Position numbers and translations under genes: made by a program | Shown: positions 40,723 to 44,788 of the stretch, piece by piece | How the letters are laid out: the number at the start of each line of letters is the position of its first letter | Numbering within the stretch: the stretch's first letter is position 1 | The notes under the pieces: model-generated | What the model was told of the DNA's origin: nothing | What the model saw: the letters and a program-made list of their open reading frames with translations, nothing else | Databases searched by the model: none | NCBI GenBank assembly: GCA_001829125.1 | Contig: MIAN01000034.1 | Coordinates: 8,223-53,010 of the forward strand | Reading direction: 5' to 3' | Origin: Spirochaetes bacterium GWB1_27_13 | GTDB taxonomy: Bacteria; Spirochaetota; GWE2-31-10; MWDO01 | Length of the DNA stretch: 44,788 bases

Positions 40723-43683
40723 TTAAATCTCCTCAATTATTTTTTGAAATTGGTTTGTGAGTTGAAGAATTAAACTTTCTTTTGTGTCGTATTGGTTAAA
40801 AATTTGTTGATATTTGTTAAAAATCTCATCTTTTAGGTCGCAAAGTTCGTTAAATTCAGCCCTATTTTGTGAATTTGCCTTAAAATCAACATCTTTAAAG
40901 TAAACATAGAGATAATGAGGCTTCATTCTGGCTTTAAAATTTTTGTAAGCAAGTTCAAACTCTTCTTTTGTAAAATCACCAACTCTATCGCTAAATAATA
41001 CGATAACAATATCACATTTTGACATTTCTGTATTTATATAATCCTGTATTTTATCACCTGCAAAGCTATGCTTTAAATCTTCCCACAAAACTAACTCCAA
41101 ATACTTATTTTTGTCGATAAGGCGGTTATTTGACCTATTAACTAATAATTCCACCGCTTCTCTATCAGAGATCATATCTTTACCAGATGCAAGAAATATT
41201 TTTACTTTTTTGTGTGACATAATAGGCTCTTTTTGGCTAAATTCTTTGATATTTATATAAAAATCTTCAATACCTTCTAAAAGTTTTGATATATTTACAT
41301 CATTAGTAGTTTTTTGACATTCTATCGTCTGTTTTCCCTTATTTTTATAGTTTTTTAGAATATTGTAGTTAAAAAATTGAGGGTCATTATCTTTTTTACA
41401 TTCCTCACAACAGCAAGGTATCATTTCTTTTAACGGTGGAAAATTTAGCGTTTTGTGGATATAATAAAATTTTTCTCTTATAGCAGAAAGTAAATTTTTT
41501 TTATCAATCCCATCTATAAAAATCTTAATTTTTCTATTTAATGGCTCGCTTATAATCAATGCTTTTGCACCTTCATATTTTAAAATAACTCCGTATTTCC
41601 AATAAGTATTGTTATCTATAAGATGATTTGTTATGACTATAAAACGAGGCATAATACCTGCTGGCATAAAATCGTATTGATATTCAAATCGTAAATTATC
41701 TTTATACTCCCAGTTAAAATCAGGTCTTGCTTGCGGAAGAAGTTCTGGGATGATGTATTCCTCAACTTCTGGTATCTTAAAACATAATTCAAATTTTTTC
41801 ATTAACTCAAGTAGGTTTTTGTGTTGAGTCTTTGGATAACCTTTCCATATCAACTCAATGTCAGTTAGATTAAATTTACCCTTTTTTAGTAAAATCTCCT
41901 TTGTATCAAGCACTTTATACACTGCATCAGTTGCCCATTCTGGCTTTAAAAAAATAATTTCTTTTAATATTGTGTTATCATTAAAATTTAAAAAAACGCC
42001 AAGATCATGATAATATCTACTCAAAAACATTGATTTTTCTTCATTAAGATAATATTCTTTACAAATATCCTCGTATTCTATATAATTTATATAATTTTTG
42101 TTTAAATCTTCAAGTTTTTTTCTAATATCAATCCATGTTTTTGGTAATTTACTACCTACATGTGGAAGATTTTCTATATTACTACGGATAATTTGACTAA
42201 GTTCATCAATACCAGCCCCAGTTTTTGCACTTACTTTAAAAAATCCAATTATATTTGGAAATTTTTCTTGTATGGTTTTTTCATCAATAGTTTTTAGCCT
42301 CTCATCAGTTTTATTTAAAACAACTATTATTGGCGACTCATTAGTTAAAATCCTAATTGTATTAAGCCAGTAATCAAAACTCAATATATCAGTATCTTTA
42401 CGAGCCTCCCAAACAAAAAGATACAAAGACCTCTTAGTCAAAAAAAATTGATGTGTCGAATGATATATCTCCTGACCTCCAAAATCCCATATATTTATCC
42501 TAAAATCATTAGTTTTATTAGTTTTTACATCCCACCTTCTAATATCAATCCCTTCTGTTGTTTTTTCTTTAGATATATCAATATTTGGGTCAATTAATTT
42601 TTTCATCAAACTTGTTTTACCAACATCCCCCTCTCCTACAATCAAAAGTTTTGCCTCAAATAATTCAACTTCTTGAGATTTTTTTAAGTTTTCAAAATAG
42701 TTTTTTATCGCATCTTTGCCTTGTTTAAATATTTCGATTGGTGGGGATTCAATGGGATTACCATCCAAATTTAATCCTTTTTCTAAAAAATGTAAATGTT
42801 CTTCCAATATATAAATTTTTTGAAAACGAATTATCCATTCTTGAAGTTTCTTTATTTTATTTTTTTTTAAATTTAATAATTCTAATTTTTTTAAATCTTT
42901 TAAAGGTAATATATCACTTACATGATTATTTCTTAAATTTAAAATGGTTAAATTAGTTAAATCTTTTAATGCTGATATATCAGTTATTTGATTAATTTTT
43001 AAATCTAGAATATTTAAATTAGTTAAATCTTTTAACGCTGATATATCGATTATTTGATTACTTGATAAATCTAGAATATTCAAATTAGTTAAATCTTTTA
43101 ATGAAGATATCTCTCTTATTTGATTACCTGTTAAATACAAAGTATTTAAATTAATTAAATCTTTTAATGGGGATATATTTCTTAGTTGATTATGTGATAT
43201 ATCTAAAGTATTTAAATTAGTCAAATTTTTCAATGGAGTTATATCTATTAGTATATTATTATGTGATATATTTAAACTATTTAAATTAGTTAAATCTTTC
43301 AATGCTGATATATCAATTATTTGATTATGTGATATATCTAAAGTATTTAAATTAGTCAAGTTTTTCAATGGGGTTATATTGCTTAATTGATTACATCTTA
43401 AACTTAAATAACTTAGGTTAATAAAATCTGTTAATACTGATAGATCAAGGTTATTATGACTCAAATATAAATATTGTAAATTTTTAAAACTAATCATTAA
43501 GTCATAAAAATTTCTATAATTTATATTAAATATTGAAAGTCCAGTTATCTTATCATTTTTATTTATAGAATAATAACTATAGTCCTCTTTATCAAACTTT
43601 TTTATTATTTCATCTTCAGAAACCTTTTCAAATTTTTTCCCAATTCGCCCCTCAATCTTCCTCAATATCTCCAAATCCGTCAT
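40723..43683 (-). CDS. Roco protein 2: LRR-Roc GTPase-COR with C-terminal TIR/DUF4062-like domain
   Basis: LRRs, NPIESPP, GEGDVGKT, WDFGGQ, NKTD, SAK, COR (FMPAGIMPRFIV, CCCEEC); tail KIFLAS...CDIVIVLF..RVG.FTKEEFELA...YVYFK. Confidence 0.9.
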   Translation of the reverse strand: MTDLEILRKIEGRIGKKFEKVSEDEIIKKFDKEDYSYYSINKNDKITGLSIFNINYRNFYDLMISFKNLQYLYLSHNNLDLSVLTDFINLSYLSLRCNQLSNITPLKNLTNLNTLDISHNQIIDISALKDLTNLNSLNISHNNILIDITPLKNLTNLNTLDISHNQLRNISPLKDLINLNTLYLTGNQIREISSLKDLTNLNILDLSSNQIIDISALKDLTNLNILDLKINQITDISALKDLTNLTILNLRNNHVSDILPLKDLKKLELLNLKKNKIKKLQEWIIRFQKIYILEEHLHFLEKGLNLDGNPIESPPIEIFKQGKDAIKNYFENLKKSQEVELFEAKLLIVGEGDVGKTSLMKKLIDPNIDISKEKTTEGIDIRRWDVKTNKTNDFRINIWDFGGQEIYHSTHQFFLTKRSLYLFVWEARKDTDILSFDYWLNTIRILTNESPIIVVLNKTDERLKTIDEKTIQEKFPNIIGFFKVSAKTGAGIDELSQIIRSNIENLPHVGSKLPKTWIDIRKKLEDLNKNYINYIEYEDICKEYYLNEEKSMFLSRYYHDLGVFLNFNDNTILKEIIFLKPEWATDAVYKVLDTKEILLKKGKFNLTDIELIWKGYPKTQHKNLLELMKKFELCFKIPEVEEYIIPELLPQARPDFNWEYKDNLRFEYQYDFMPAGIMPRFIVITNHLIDNNTYWKYGVILKYEGAKALIISEPLNRKIKIFIDGIDKKNLLSAIREKFYYIHKTLNFPPLKEMIPCCCEECKKDNDPQFFNYNILKNYKNKGKQTIECQKTTNDVNISKLLEGIEDFYINIKEFSQKEPIMSHKKVKIFLASGKDMISDREAVELLVNRSNNRLIDKNKYLELVLWEDLKHSFAGDKIQDYINTEMSKCDIVIVLFSDRVGDFTKEEFELAYKNFKARMKPHYLYVYFKDVDFKANSQNRAEFNELCDLKDEIFNKYQQIFNQYDTKESLILQLTNQFQKIIEEI
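42880..43420 (-). repeat. Degenerate 66-bp LRR tandem repeats of Roco2
   Basis: Recurrent AAAGATTTAACTAATTTAAAT on the minus strand; one unit almost identical to Roco1 25250-25315. Confidence 0.85.
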
Positions 43684-43726
43684 AAAAACCTCCAAAATAG
43701 GCTAATATTATGGAAACAAGGGGTAG

Positions 43727-43902
43727 ATACCGACAAATTACTCGCTTTTAATTATTAGGAGAATTTTAACACGAAGCACGCGAAGTTCACGAAGAAAATA
43801 CGGGAAAAATACCTTTTTTAATTAAGTCTTCGTGAAACTTCGTATCTTCTTCGCGTTCTTCGTGTTAAAAATCCACTTTTTTGAAAACCGAGTAATAACT
43901 GA
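43727..43902. mobile_element. 176-bp MITE-like insertion in the Roco2 5'UTR hairpin
   Basis: GGGTAG duplicated at 43721-43726 and 43903-43908; ATTACTCG/CGAGTAAT inverted ends; internal CACGAAG/CTTCGTG palindromes; absent from the paralogous 24097 and 24919 copies. Confidence 0.85.
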
Positions 43903-43935
43903 GGGTAGTTACCCCTTGTTTTCTGAGATATTTAA

Positions 43936-43964
43936 ATTATATTCTTTATTTGGGATTTATTCAA
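43936..43964 (-). promoter_or_regulatory. Roco2 promoter
   Basis: TTGAAT-17 nt-TATAAT, same as Roco1. Confidence 0.8.
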
Positions 43965-44157
43965 TGGTAATTAAAAAAATCAATAAATTTTTCATAAACA
44001 AAATAATTTTTTTATATTTTTTTACTCTGTGTCTTTGTTGAGAAATCCCCTTTCCAAAAATTCTTCAGTTATCCAAAAAATTTGTCTCTTGAAAATGTAG
44101 AGAAAAGAGAGTATTAATTAAGCATAACAATTTATTAAATAAATGAGGAATTTTGTT

Positions 44158-44280
44158 ATGAAAAATTTAATGTATTGTGTTTTACTGATTTCAAGTATAA
44201 TTAATGATTACTTTTATCACGACGATGAATTAATTGATTACTCAATTAACGATATAGTATTATTTGGTTCTTACTACTGA
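44158..44280 (+). pseudogene. In-frame internally deleted copy of the 22860-23921 lipoprotein gene (40 codons)
   Basis: MKNLMYCVLLISS joined to IINDYFYHDDELIDYSINDIVLFGSYY*; both flanks homologous. Confidence 0.92.
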
Positions 44281-44788
44281 TAGAGGTATCAAATGGTTGA
44301 ACTATTGGTAAAACGCAACTCCCCCCTCTAAAAGTCCTAAAAAAACAATATTTATCTTGTTTATATATAATGTATCGGGATTGTTTTTATACTTTAAATA
44401 AATTACATTACTTTTTGGAGGGGGAAAATTGCAATAAAAATAATAATTATTGTAAATGCAGAAAAGACGGAAAAATATATTGATTCTCATTTATTATGAG
44501 AATTAAAATATTTTATAGAATGTGAAAAATAAAAAGATGATTGGGTAGAAATACTAAAAGATTTGATATAGAAGGGCTTGCATTGAAAAGAGAGTTTTCA
44601 GAATGGTTTTCTGTAAATTTATAAAGTTTAATATAAAAAAAACAAAAAAATATTTCGATAGTTGTAAAAGAAATATACTTGGTAAAAAAAACTTAATAAT
44701 TTCCTCAATCTATATTCTATAATGTGAACGATTAATAAGAAGAAACAAAGAAAAGATATTTAGAAAAGGAATAAAAATAAAAAAACCT

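Noticed and set aside
1592-42956. Short shadow ORFs (e.g. 1592, 1853, 4215, 4518, 6617, 8744, 10999, 12736, 13904, 16761, 19844, 23348, 24661, 30881, 31512, 32667, 33878, 37936, 38975, 42738)
   Set aside because: They overlap well-supported genes on the opposite strand or in another frame and show no family motifs
25028-43683. Diversity-generating retroelement acting on the LRRs
   Set aside because: No reverse transcriptase or TR/VR pair, and the differences are not adenine-specific
43832-44490. ORFs 43832-44041 and 44302-44490
   Set aside because: They run through the MITE, promoter and inverted-repeat DNA and have no coding signature

Overview
Very AT-rich bacterial chromosomal window; the lipoprotein, SLT and parE types suggest a spirochaete, with low confidence. 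Housekeeping and signalling genes include arfB, parE, plsC, an MCP, a response regulator, an SLT, a flotillin and a 1737-aa Ser/Thr kinase-ATPase-GAF-PP2C protein. They are interleaved with a heavily remodelled accessory layer. (1) Two convergent prokaryotic Roco genes (LRR-Roc-COR) share a near-identical promoter/N-terminus block in inverted orientation about 18.5 kb apart. They have different Roc-COR cores and different immune-type C-terminal domains: a PD-(D/E)XK nuclease-like domain versus a TIR/DUF4062-like domain. Roco1 carries 11 near-identical 66-bp LRR units whose variation is concentrated at the predicted binding-face codons. (2) Upstream of parE lies a tandemly duplicated promoter/cassette/TA unit whose passenger genes have integron-cassette-like complementary GTT...AAC ends, with no integrase in the window. 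(3) There are three TA modules plus one decayed copy, an ABC-ATPase/TOPRIM candidate defence pair, several MITE/REP-like elements (one with a clean target duplication inside the Roco2 5'UTR hairpin), and internally deleted gene remnants. No rRNA, tRNA, CRISPR array, transposase or reverse transcriptase was seen.
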